A stretch of DNA of 64,000 nucleotides, taken from positions 1 to 64,000 of the IMG/VR virus record IMGVR_UViG_3300000956_000003. The stretch is one strand, 5' to 3'. The notes below the pieces were generated by a model. That model did not search any database and had not been told where the DNA came from. It saw only the letters and a program-made list of their open reading frames with translations. Source of the DNA: a virus. Made by a program: the position numbers and the translations under genes. Below, in pieces: positions 39,133-48,081 of the stretch (its first letter is position 1; each line of letters opens with the position of its first letter).

Positions 39133-40091
39133 TGCCATCTTTCACCGACATATTAACACGCATCGAGGAAGCCATTGAGGATTTCAATAAGAAAATCCCG
39201 GCGGCACAGCAGAATATTCTTGATGGAATAGAGGAAGATCTACGGCGCCTGGACCTGAAAAACGGTAAGATAAAACCCACGGTCAACAATCTCAAGGTAG
39301 TAGCATCCATCAAAAATAAGCTGCTTAAAATCGTTCTGAATGATGATTACATTGAGGATGTAAAAAAGTATATCCAGGCATTTAAGGACGTTACAACACT
39401 ACAAAATGAATACTGGCAGTCGGTTGAAAAGAATTTCAAGCCAACGTCCATTTTAAAAGAAATCCGCAGCCTAGCTATTGAGGATACGGTAAGCAAATTA
39501 ACAGAAGCTGGCATTGGAAATGGGGTGGCTAGCAGGATTACCGACATTCTGAAAACCAATGTCACTACCGGCGGCTCACTAAAAGACCTTACGGCCCAGT
39601 TACGGGGTGGTTTAACGAATACCGATGCATCTGATGGGTATTTAGCGAAGTACGCCAAACAGGTCACTACAGATGCTATAACGCAGTATTCCCGGAACTA
39701 TACGCAACTGGTTTCGTCTGATCTGGGGTATGAATGGTACGCTTACCAAGGTACAGATATAAAGACGACGAGGCATTTCTGCGATGCGATGACTGACATA
39801 CGATACTTCCATTTAAGCCAAATACCGGGGTTACTGCAGGCGAAAGATCTATATTATTCAGACAAGGATGGCGGTAAAAAGAAGGTAGAGATCAACCCCA
39901 AAACAGATCTACCCTACGGTATGATCGAAGGCACCAATGCGGAGAACTTTTTTATCCGGGCCGGCGGGTATAATTGCCAGCATGCGATAAGACCAGTTAG
40001 TGACAAGCTGGTGCAGATGCAGGATAAAGCATTGTACGATAATGTTGTATCCACGCCTGAATATAAGGCTTGGAAGTCGGCCAATGGTTGA
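39132..40091 (+). CDS. phage head morphogenesis protein (Mu F / SPP1 gp7 family)
   Basis: C-terminal GGYNCQHAIRPV resembles the conserved H.NCRC region of Phage_Mu_F. Confidence 0.5.
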   Translation: MPSFTDILTRIEEAIEDFNKKIPAAQQNILDGIEEDLRRLDLKNGKIKPTVNNLKVVASIKNKLLKIVLNDDYIEDVKKYIQAFKDVTTLQNEYWQSVEKNFKPTSILKEIRSLAIEDTVSKLTEAGIGNGVASRITDILKTNVTTGGSLKDLTAQLRGGLTNTDASDGYLAKYAKQVTTDAITQYSRNYTQLVSSDLGYEWYAYQGTDIKTTRHFCDAMTDIRYFHLSQIPGLLQAKDLYYSDKDGGKKKVEINPKTDLPYGMIEGTNAENFFIRAGGYNCQHAIRPVSDKLVQMQDKALYDNVVSTPEYKAWKSANG

Positions 40092-40106
40092 TTATCTTAG
40101 ATCCCC

Positions 40107-40287
40107 ATGTTTCAAATCGTTGAATTTAGTTCTGAATGGCACCAGGTCGATACTACTTGTGATACCTGTACTGCATGCAAGGAGATCATTTACGGAAAGC
40201 AATACCAGCTATTTTTGAATAACCAGCCAACGGAGCAGATCATTTGCGAACCTTGTTATCAGGAAGTGATGAGGGAGGATGAGTAAT
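40107..40287 (+). CDS. small zinc-ribbon protein (59 aa)
   Basis: MFQIVEF...CDTCTAC...CEPC; below the track's length cut-off; convergent with the minus-strand cassette. Confidence 0.25.
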
Positions 40288-40290
40288 TCA

Positions 40291-40770
40291 TTAATCGGCC
40301 TTTAGCCAATCCCTTGCTCGATCTTCGAGTGATTTATAATCGGAAATTTCTTTTCCTGTAATTGCAAAGTGGAGATTTTGAAGTTGATGCACAAATTGAA
40401 AAGTGCTGGATAGATTAGGAGAATACACCTCATTGCCAGACGCGAAGCAAAGCCGATACCTTGAACCCGTTTCGGGGAAATTTGGTCCCGGGAAGGAGAG
40501 GATTTTAAAAAAGGCAGTCAGGTCGTCATGAATATAAAATATGTATCCTTCCTTTTCGGATACCTGTTTGTATTCCCGCTTGAAACCCCATTGCTCCAGC
40601 CAGTTACCGGTTAGCGGAATACCCTGCATGGAATTGATTAAATGAGCATTGGATTGCTTAAACAGCTTGCCCATCATTCTAAAATCAAGCTCGATTTCCT
40701 CACCATCTACTATAATCCAATTGTTAAGTTTTATATCCCTTGAATGCAGTCGATTATTTACATCAATCAT
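40291..40770 (-). CDS. hypothetical protein, paralogue of 60964..61386
   Basis: Shares MI.xN / NNW / FVHQLQNL[HF][FY]A[IL]TG.E motifs with the second copy. Confidence 0.5.
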   Translation of the reverse strand: MIDVNNRLHSRDIKLNNWIIVDGEEIELDFRMMGKLFKQSNAHLINSMQGIPLTGNWLEQWGFKREYKQVSEKEGYIFYIHDDLTAFFKILSFPGPNFPETGSRYRLCFASGNEVYSPNLSSTFQFVHQLQNLHFAITGKEISDYKSLEDRARDWLKAD

Positions 40771-41351
40771 AGCGTTACTCTTATCATTTCGTAATCCTCA
40801 AATATATGCTTTCTTATAACCTCGTATTTACATACCCCTAACTGATTCTGTATTGCCCTCGGCTGCTGTGCTTTATACCACAAAGCCGCTATAAATTCCG
40901 GCCCACTTCGTGGGTGAGGTAGCATTTTATATTTACCGTGTAATTCTAAGACGGGAATTTTCAATCTTTGCAAATTGAATCTCATCTCATTATCTTCACT
41001 TCTCGAAAAGTAATCATTATGATACCCGCCAACCTTTTCAAATGTCGTCGGTTCAAACATAGTCACGCCACCTAGGTAATCACGCAACTGAATTTTACTT
41101 CCAGCCAACTGGGTGACACCTGGATTTGGACTGTAGTCAACCTCAACAGGTAGCATATCCACATCATGGGCAACGAAGTAACCAGGCTTGGCTTCCAGAT
41201 AACCAATGTTAATCAACCTCCCCCGGTTGAATGGTTTATCATCCGCCTGCTCAATGACAACAATCTTCGCATAAGGCAGATACGCGCGCATGTGCGGGAT
41301 GAATTGGGTTAAATGTTCTGGGCGATTTCGGTATGGTACGATGATGGTCAT
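40767..41351 (-). CDS. beta-1,4-galactosyltransferase-like glycosyltransferase (GT7/GT2-like)
   Basis: IIVPYRNRPEHL, FNRGRLINIGY, HDVDMLP, YLGGVTMF, SRSEDNEM match the conserved B4GalT-family blocks. Confidence 0.6.
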   Translation of the reverse strand: MTIIVPYRNRPEHLTQFIPHMRAYLPYAKIVVIEQADDKPFNRGRLINIGYLEAKPGYFVAHDVDMLPVEVDYSPNPGVTQLAGSKIQLRDYLGGVTMFEPTTFEKVGGYHNDYFSRSEDNEMRFNLQRLKIPVLELHGKYKMLPHPRSGPEFIAALWYKAQQPRAIQNQLGVCKYEVIRKHIFEDYEMIRVTL

Positions 41352-41848
41352 GGCTGCGTGTCTTTAGGAATATTAGGAAATATGCCCATCATTCGCTCCA
41401 TTTCACAGGAAAGATTTTGTGCGACGGCTAATAAATCTATCTTGTTTGCATCAACCTTATACACATCCTGGGGTCGCCATGTGCCTAATTCTACTTTATA
41501 TGAAATAAATTTTTCCTGGTTGTCTTTTAGGTATTGCGTTGGTGTAGGCGGGTCAGTTGAGAAATCAAAGCATTTCAAGAATTCGTCTGTTTGATCATTC
41601 TCGGTTGCAGGGTTTGGAGCGCTCATTAATATTGCTTTAATAAGGCAGTCCTTAATATCCCTAAAGGTTAAGCCTTTTACCTCAGTTTGACCACGTAAGC
41701 CGTTGTCTGTCCATGGTTGCCCGTCATATGGTCTCTCCCTATCATTGCGAAAGTCTGAACAGCTTTGTGTGCTCCATATATTAAACGCTAATTCATCTTT
41801 GAAGTCAGGGGATTCCGAATCCAGTATTGGTATATCTGCATCTATCAT
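41348..41848 (-). CDS. hypothetical protein (166 aa)
   Basis: ORF in the cassette operon. Confidence 0.4.
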   Translation of the reverse strand: MIDADIPILDSESPDFKDELAFNIWSTQSCSDFRNDRERPYDGQPWTDNGLRGQTEVKGLTFRDIKDCLIKAILMSAPNPATENDQTDEFLKCFDFSTDPPTPTQYLKDNQEKFISYKVELGTWRPQDVYKVDANKIDLLAVAQNLSCEMERMMGIFPNIPKDTQP

Positions 41849-42261
41849 TTTCGTAAAAGTTTAAGTGCCTGTGTCATTAAATGCGAGTGTAGGTATGCTT
41901 CCGACTCATATTCCCTGTTCCGATCAAGAATTTCAGGAAGAATAAACTGGCAAAGATGCAGACATTCATGCGCAAGCATAATCATATCCCAATCACAGAA
42001 CTCAAACGGTCGTTTTAAGATTAAATAAAAATAGGTTGATTCTTGGCCGCTTGTTTTTATAGTTACTGTTCTTTTAAGAGCGAAAAAGGTCCCGCCATCT
42101 ATCAGTGCCTTGTCTTCATTCAGGCCCAGTGCATATCCATGAGCTTTAATTTTTTTATAATAGGCAATTATCTCTTCATAAGTGTAGCCCACGGAGAAAC
42201 TTACATGCACAGGAAATATTCCTGTATTTAAGCATTCTATGAACCTTTTAGATTTTTTCAT
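41845..42261 (-). CDS. hypothetical protein with HExxH motif
   Basis: LAHECLHLCQF contains HECLH. Confidence 0.35.
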   Translation of the reverse strand: MKKSKRFIECLNTGIFPVHVSFSVGYTYEEIIAYYKKIKAHGYALGLNEDKALIDGGTFFALKRTVTIKTSGQESTYFYLILKRPFEFCDWDMIMLAHECLHLCQFILPEILDRNREYESEAYLHSHLMTQALKLLRK

Positions 42262-43135
42262 TCCTCAATTCCTCCAATATTTTTTGTTTGCACCCCTGGT
42301 AGGTGAAATACGGTTTAATTCTATCCAGGTTCTGCCGCAATACCGTGATCATCGGCTTTGGTACATCCGATAAGGCCTGTTTGATATCATCATTAGGGCC
42401 GAGCATAAGCCCGTAGTCGAAGGGTAAATTGTAGGGAAGTAAATGCTTGTCCGAAATATAAACTGGAATAGCGCCCTGTTCTATGGCTTCTGAGATCCGA
42501 AAAGACGTAGCACTATACCCGCGTGGACATAAGGCGAATACCGATCGGGCCATGGTGGTGCAGTACTCATCCATTTTCTGGTCCTTCGTGGAGATAAAAC
42601 ACCCTTCAATGCCTTCCAGGGCTTTTATCATTTTTCCTCGTATTTCATGCGTTATCTTGCCAACGAAAGAGGCATATAGGTCCCGGTTCTGAACTTTTTT
42701 TATTGGCTGTTGCTGGCTGATAAGTGGGATAGGATAATCGTTTCTACCGCCGGCCATACCAAATACTTTTATATCCAGCCCTTTAAAGTGGATTCTGTCC
42801 TTATTGTCTGGGCCATCATCATACTGGCATATCGTGTAGTACTTTTTGCTTCGGTCAAGGGAGTCAATAAAGCTCTGCAGGTGTTTAATGGAACGCAGAT
42901 CAGTGCCAAATTTGTTAGCGCAATAGTAGCTGGTCCAATGAATAGGGAGATAAAGCCTGTCGGCTTCCATCGCTGGCGAATAGGTTTCGAAATACCAGCG
43001 CTCAAATTCCAGGTGATTCGATGGGGGGTATTTGAAAGGGTGTTTAAGACGGAACTGCACCGGCACAGGGACAATCCCAGGGGGCGGTTGTCGCTTTGCT
43101 GAAACTACGCGTGGGTATCGGGGGCGGATGATCAT
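42248..43135 (-). CDS. exostosin-like glycosyltransferase (GT47-like)
   Basis: FALCPRGYSATSFRISEAIEQGAIPV matches the exostosin C-terminal signature; ATG at 43135 (MIIRPRYP) preferred. Confidence 0.55.
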   Translation of the reverse strand: MIIRPRYPRVVSAKRQPPPGIVPVPVQFRLKHPFKYPPSNHLEFERWYFETYSPAMEADRLYLPIHWTSYYCANKFGTDLRSIKHLQSFIDSLDRSKKYYTICQYDDGPDNKDRIHFKGLDIKVFGMAGGRNDYPIPLISQQQPIKKVQNRDLYASFVGKITHEIRGKMIKALEGIEGCFISTKDQKMDEYCTTMARSVFALCPRGYSATSFRISEAIEQGAIPVYISDKHLLPYNLPFDYGLMLGPNDDIKQALSDVPKPMITVLRQNLDRIKPYFTYQGCKQKILEELRNEKI

Positions 43136-43818
43136 AGCAGGGTTCTTTTGATGTATAAGGAATCTCCCCAACCCTGGTCTGTCCATTTCGTTTCTACCCG
43201 GCCAAAGTCCTCCAATAGCTTATCCAATTCAGTAATACCAGCCGCACCCTGGTAAAGGTTTGCATTGTCTTGGTTTACTTCTGTGTAAACGTAGTTGATA
43301 TGCTTCAACGTTTCTGCCGCCCCCATCAAAACCCGGTTTTCAAACCCCTGCACGTCCATATTGAGCAGGTTATATCGACTTCCAAGATTCAGGGAGTCAA
43401 GCGTGCATACCCGCACCTGTTCTGTGCCTTTAAATTGAATAGATGGGTAATGCTTCAGGTGTTCAACGGGCCTTAACAGGCTATTTGATTGACCCTTATT
43501 GGCGGTTTCGGTGTGCATGATTGCTGTTCCGTTCTCGGTCCCACAGGCTACATTAAATAGCTTGATATGGTGATGGGCGGCAAATTTTAATTGTAGTATC
43601 TGGTATGCCGCCTTACAGGGTTCAATCAAAACAACATCCTTAATACCGTGTTGGTGATAGGTTGCCACTTCCTCGCCGTGGTGGGCACCGCAGTGTATGA
43701 CTCCGGTTATTTTAAGCGAAAACTTTTTTACCAACGTTGAGAAATCTAAGAGCATAATGCAAATGTTAAAGCGATTAGTGAAAGGATTAAAGCCACACTG
43801 GAAATTATCATTGACCAT
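43132..43818 (-). CDS. FkbM-family SAM-dependent methyltransferase
   Basis: VIHCGAHHGEE and YNLLNMDVQGFENRVLMGA; start uncertain (internal M at MLLDFS). Confidence 0.65.
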   Translation of the reverse strand: MVNDNFQCGFNPFTNRFNICIMLLDFSTLVKKFSLKITGVIHCGAHHGEEVATYHQHGIKDVVLIEPCKAAYQILQLKFAAHHHIKLFNVACGTENGTAIMHTETANKGQSNSLLRPVEHLKHYPSIQFKGTEQVRVCTLDSLNLGSRYNLLNMDVQGFENRVLMGAAETLKHINYVYTEVNQDNANLYQGAAGITELDKLLEDFGRVETKWTDQGWGDSLYIKRTLL

Positions 43819-43885
43819 TTCCAGTATATAATATCCGGGTCTTTGCTACGGATCAATGCCGTTAGCAGTTCGCGGGTGGTGATTT

Positions 43886-44434
43886 TCATCTTTCAGACTG
43901 AATTAAAACAATGGGTGATTGGCAATCATAAAATACATTTGTAAATGGCCAGCCCAAGCGTTTTGCGCTTACATTAACAGGCAGGCCAGCTCGATAAAAT
44001 TCCTGATCACATGTGTGCAGGTCTTCGATATAATAATGCCTACCATTATAAAGGCCGTAGAACGTCATCATTTGATCGCGAGAATTATGTGAACCGTCAT
44101 CGATCACAATATCGAAATCTTCATTACGTAGCGCATCCAGCAGCACATAGTCGCACTGATTCCCTTGGCGCAGCACAATGTTTTTACAACCACATTCATC
44201 CAGTAAATAACTGCGCACATCTGCTTCTGAATGATCGGCAAACAAATCAACACCCCATATTTCAGTATCAGGAAAATATTCCGACCACATTGCCAGACTC
44301 GCCCCTTTAAATACTCCAATTTCCAAAAGCTTCTTAGGCTTTTTTGGCAACGTTCTTTCATAAAACTGACAGTAGTTATGCGCAGTGCTGCTTTTGTCTG
44401 TTCCGTATTTTAGGGCCAGTTCATCTAATGTCAT
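43886..44434 (-). CDS. class I SAM-dependent methyltransferase (GTDK-motif sugar O-methyltransferase-like)
   Basis: KYGTDKSSTAHNYCQFYE...LLEIGVFKGASLAMW...GVDL. Confidence 0.55.
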   Translation of the reverse strand: MTLDELALKYGTDKSSTAHNYCQFYERTLPKKPKKLLEIGVFKGASLAMWSEYFPDTEIWGVDLFADHSEADVRSYLLDECGCKNIVLRQGNQCDYVLLDALRNEDFDIVIDDGSHNSRDQMMTFYGLYNGRHYYIEDLHTCDQEFYRAGLPVNVSAKRLGWPFTNVFYDCQSPIVLIQSER

Positions 44435-45071
44435 GCGTGGTAATTAAAAAGTTTGCAAATCGGTAGTCTTCAACAAAGTTTTCTTCCGTCAGTTCAACCA
44501 GGGTATTCCCTACCAGCTCATACGCCTTGTAGCCGAACTGACCGACAAACTGTATAACATCTACGAAGGTTATTCCCGCATCCGGGTAAGTGCCACCATA
44601 TTCCACCTGAATGAAGTGGATGTGTTGTTGGCCAAGTAACCCGGCAGCGCCTTTGAGTACTTTTAGTTCAGCGCCCTCGACGTCTATTTTCAGGAAGTGG
44701 ATGTGTGTAAACCCGGCAACGCCGCATAAATTATCAACCGTTGTGCATGACTTTTCTTCCTCCACATAATCCACCTGGTTAAACACATCGCGGTTGTAAG
44801 TACTGGAAAGCTCATCAGCTTTATTGAGGCATCTATAAAATACCTCCCTCCCTTCATGATCGCTCAGAAGGACGCCATATACGTACCTGTGCTTTAACTG
44901 AGCATATAAAAAATCATTAGGCTCGAATAGCAGGCACCACGCATCCGGGAACTTACTCATCACGTAGTCCGTCCATGCCCCTTTATAAGCTCCCACATCA
45001 AAAATGATCGGCTTACCTGGGAGGTACGGAATACACTTGTCGAATATTATTTTTTCGTCGGGAGTTAGCAT
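44421..45071 (-). CDS. FkbM-family SAM-dependent methyltransferase
   Basis: IFDVGAYKGAWT and IHFLKIDVEGAELKVLKGA. Confidence 0.75.
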   Translation of the reverse strand: MLTPDEKIIFDKCIPYLPGKPIIFDVGAYKGAWTDYVMSKFPDAWCLLFEPNDFLYAQLKHRYVYGVLLSDHEGREVFYRCLNKADELSSTYNRDVFNQVDYVEEEKSCTTVDNLCGVAGFTHIHFLKIDVEGAELKVLKGAAGLLGQQHIHFIQVEYGGTYPDAGITFVDVIQFVGQFGYKAYELVGNTLVELTEENFVEDYRFANFLITTHDIR

Positions 45072-45077
45072 ATACGA

Positions 45078-45827
45078 TCATATTTTTATCCAGTTTTCGC
45101 AATAAATGTCTGTCGGATCAAGATTAGAATTCCCGGGCCCAAACCAAACAGACGGTGCGATGACTATTTTATCAGGGTTTGGGTTCAGCCATGCTCCCCA
45201 CCAGGAGAATGAACTGTTGGCGATGATGTTGTTTACGCAACCGGCCATTATAGCCAACGCAAGTTTAGGCTCAACCACATCGCAATAAACAACATCAACC
45301 CCCGTTGCATAGCTTTCTATGTATTCCTTTAGAATTGATTTAGCGGCTTGTAAATCATCGGAAAACACTAAGAACTTTCTGGTGTGTGATTTCGATACCA
45401 TTAAATCCATGGCATTGTAAAGGTATTCTGCGGTTACTGGCGGATGCTTATCCTTAAACTGTATATAATCACATAGTCTGATGTGTACCGAGCAGTGGTC
45501 TGATAAAACCGGTACAATTCCGAACAGATCTATTATTTCCTCACTTTTATCCACGAAATACTTTTCGCACTGCCAATAGCCATGGAGTTTAACATCTTTC
45601 AGGTATGCAGGGATAGGGGAATATCTATGACTGTGCTCTGTATAGTTTCTAAAAAGGCGTCGTGGATTAACCTTTGGTAAATGTTTAAAATAGGTTTCCC
45701 CGGTGTAGCTTCCTTGCGCTTTATCCGGGAAAGCAAAAGACTGACCAACGCGCCAGGCATGAGCCGCTGATGTGGCAATTTGAAACATTTGGTTGCCCAT
45801 CCTTCCTATGAGGTCGCAGCTTACCAT
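45078..45827 (-). CDS. GT11-family alpha-1,2-fucosyltransferase-like glycosyltransferase
   Basis: GRMGNQMFQIA (GT11 motif I), HGYWQCEKYF, SFSWWGAWL. Confidence 0.75.
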   Translation of the reverse strand: MVSCDLIGRMGNQMFQIATSAAHAWRVGQSFAFPDKAQGSYTGETYFKHLPKVNPRRLFRNYTEHSHRYSPIPAYLKDVKLHGYWQCEKYFVDKSEEIIDLFGIVPVLSDHCSVHIRLCDYIQFKDKHPPVTAEYLYNAMDLMVSKSHTRKFLVFSDDLQAAKSILKEYIESYATGVDVVYCDVVEPKLALAIMAGCVNNIIANSSFSWWGAWLNPNPDKIVIAPSVWFGPGNSNLDPTDIYCENWIKI

Positions 45828-46057
45828 GTATGTAATTGATTAGCAAAAAAATGTTTTGAACAATATTTCACAATTCCGCTGCGCGAAAATAATCGTTGCA
45901 AGAAATTTCTGTTATCTTTTATCTTCACCTTAATCTTAAACACCGCAACTGATGATCGCAACCTGCCATCATCATATTTGTTGAAAAACTTTGTCATGTA
46001 AGTAAATCGCTTACCATTCTCGACGAACTGATCTAATATTATGTCTGGATTATTCAT
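45821..46057 (-). CDS. hypothetical protein (78 aa)
   Basis: ORF. Confidence 0.35.
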   Translation of the reverse strand: MNNPDIILDQFVENGKRFTYMTKFFNKYDDGRLRSSVAVFKIKVKIKDNRNFLQRLFSRSGIVKYCSKHFFANQLHTW

Positions 46058-46815
46058 AACGCCATTATCATTTTCTTGATCTTTTCCGATTGCTCCATAT
46101 TGTATTTCGCGTCTTCAAGGAAGCCAGATCGGCTGTGCACCAAATGCTCGTACCTCATGTCAGGAACAATATAAAATGAGTTGTCGGCCGCCAGCCATAG
46201 GTAAGAAAACCATAAAGTATCTGTCGCTTTCATTTCCGGATTATGCTGGTAAACATTTAAATATTCATCACGATGCACGATATAGTTACAGCAGTTTAGG
46301 GACATCGTAAGTTCTTTACCATGAGGTCCGCGAAGCAATTGGGCAACATTGTTACGGTTTATGGTTACGGCCGCAAGGTTGGTAAAATTGAAATTGGGCA
46401 TTGCGAAATCCGGACAATATATTACCGTCTTTGGATGCATTTGGGTATTGCTCAGGGTCGGTGAGAAGTTGACTAAATCAAATTCCCATTCTGCTCGTAG
46501 ACGGTCATTTTCAAAGGCATCAAAATATTCAGGTGCAACAACGTTATCCGAGTCAATAATGGCGACCCATTCATTTGTAGCGTATGAAATCGCGTCGGCC
46601 TTGTTCCTGCTCATGCCCCGGTTATAAGCCTGCTGCATCACGCGCACATGCGCGTAGGGGACGAAATAATCCCGCAGTTTTTCATAACTGCCGTCGGTGC
46701 TTTTGTCGTCGAGAATCACAATATCGTCTATACGCGGATCATTCAGCACCTGAGCGCATGATTTGATCGGGAGATCAAAACGGTTGTAGGTTGTGATGGC
46801 TAAGCTTATTTTCAT
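46054..46815 (-). CDS. GT2-family glycosyltransferase
   Basis: ISLAITTYNR, VILDDKSTDGS, IDSDN (DxD). Confidence 0.8.
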   Translation of the reverse strand: MKISLAITTYNRFDLPIKSCAQVLNDPRIDDIVILDDKSTDGSYEKLRDYFVPYAHVRVMQQAYNRGMSRNKADAISYATNEWVAIIDSDNVVAPEYFDAFENDRLRAEWEFDLVNFSPTLSNTQMHPKTVIYCPDFAMPNFNFTNLAAVTINRNNVAQLLRGPHGKELTMSLNCCNYIVHRDEYLNVYQHNPEMKATDTLWFSYLWLAADNSFYIVPDMRYEHLVHSRSGFLEDAKYNMEQSEKIKKMIMAL

Positions 46816-46819
46816 GAGA

Positions 46820-47116
46820 TTAATTGAAAACGATAAATGATTTCTTTCGGCCGGTGTAGAAAACTATTTTATGTTTGAAATGTTCATAAAAATCCCATTC
46901 AATAGGTGCCTCTCGGTTAAAATTGCCATATAAATCAAAATAACCTTTTCCCACAATTGATATTTCACTCACATTAATACTTGGCTTGAGTAAGAATTGC
47001 AAATGCGCCCTGGGACCGCAAAGGTCCTGGAGGAGTTTTTGTTTTTCCTTTTCGTTTTCTTCTAAATTGCCGCAGCAATCACCGAACCCATAGTTAATAT
47101 TACAGTTCGATATCAT
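46820..47116 (-). CDS. hypothetical protein (98 aa)
   Basis: ORF. Confidence 0.4.
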   Translation of the reverse strand: MISNCNINYGFGDCCGNLEENEKEKQKLLQDLCGPRAHLQFLLKPSINVSEISIVGKGYFDLYGNFNREAPIEWDFYEHFKHKIVFYTGRKKSFIVFN

Positions 47117-47433
47117 GGCTTAAAAATTATTTCACTACCCATTTCCCCAACAATAGCGGGATTCCCGGGCGCACCTGTCGGAAATCTGGGTGTCGGCTGC
47201 GAAGCAATCATTGCAACCTGCAAGGCTCCCATCGGCGCTGCCATGATCAGCCTAAGCCGCGCCCGCTGTTTATTGATGCGCTTAAGTGGGCGTCTATCAA
47301 TTTTTCCGAATGCGCGTTTTGGGGGGTATGCCTCTTTAGCGTTTCGGATTATTGTGAACGCTGTATCCGTAATACAGGCAGCCAGACTAAGTGCCTTTTG
47401 TTTTCTGAATTGCGAAATATCTGTTTCGTTCAT
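47113..47433 (-). CDS. hypothetical protein (106 aa)
   Basis: ORF. Confidence 0.4.
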   Translation of the reverse strand: MNETDISQFRKQKALSLAACITDTAFTIIRNAKEAYPPKRAFGKIDRRPLKRINKQRARLRLIMAAPMGALQVAMIASQPTPRFPTGAPGNPAIVGEMGSEIIFKP

Positions 47434-47621
47434 GGCTTAACAGGTTTTCCCTCCCGACAGCGTTCCCACTCCCGGATAATTGAGTATATAGTTTGCTCCA
47501 AACTGTATTGGGAAATACTTCGTTCCGCCTTAATCTTACCCTGCTCCATTAAGATGATTTTAAATACATCATCCGGCATCTTTTTGAGAGGGTAAACCTT
47601 GCCATTTCGGTCTTCACTCAT
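47430..47621 (-). CDS. small protein, first gene of the minus-strand cassette (possible regulator)
   Basis: SISQYSLEQTIYSIIREW looks helix-turn-helix-like; weak. Confidence 0.3.
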   Translation of the reverse strand: MSEDRNGKVYPLKKMPDDVFKIILMEQGKIKAERSISQYSLEQTIYSIIREWERCREGKPVKP

Positions 47622-47675
47622 ATTAATTGGTTACTAAGAGGTACCAAATTACGTAAAATACTGAACTTTCAGATA

Positions 47676-47683
47676 AAAATGAA
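47676..47683 (+). promoter_or_regulatory. Bacteroidetes-type -7 promoter element TAnnTTTG
   Basis: TATTTTTG about 27 nt upstream of the 47711 start in the divergent intergenic region 47622-47710. Confidence 0.4.
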
Positions 47684-47710
47684 AGTATTTTTGTTTTACA
47701 ACATAATTCT

Positions 47711-47980
47711 ATGCTCAAAGGAGATTATTTAAGAGTGCTGAGTCCGAAGACCACGAACGGTATTAATGTGAAATTGGATGAGGACGACAGGGTAGAGTAC
47801 AAGGAAACCTTTCTACCCCTTACTGCAAAGAAGGCGCTCGAAGAACAGAACAAAAAACTTCCTGATCACTTAAAGAAGAAAATTGAGCCGGTTTATTCGG
47901 GGATTGAACCCGAAAAGTCGGAAGGTCAACAATATCAGCCCATGCGTAAAAAGCCAGGGCCGAAACCGAAAAATCGTTAA
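47711..47980 (+). CDS. hypothetical basic protein (89 aa)
   Basis: ORF. Confidence 0.4.
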   Translation: MLKGDYLRVLSPKTTNGINVKLDEDDRVEYKETFLPLTAKKALEEQNKKLPDHLKKKIEPVYSGIEPEKSEGQQYQPMRKKPGPKPKNR

Positions 47981-48081
47981 TCATGGTACGCCTCAATATT
48001 ATTTATTGTTCAAAACCTGGATGTGGAGGAGGTCGCGGAACAAGGGGTACGCGCGGCGGGAGAGGTCGTTAAAAAACATTT

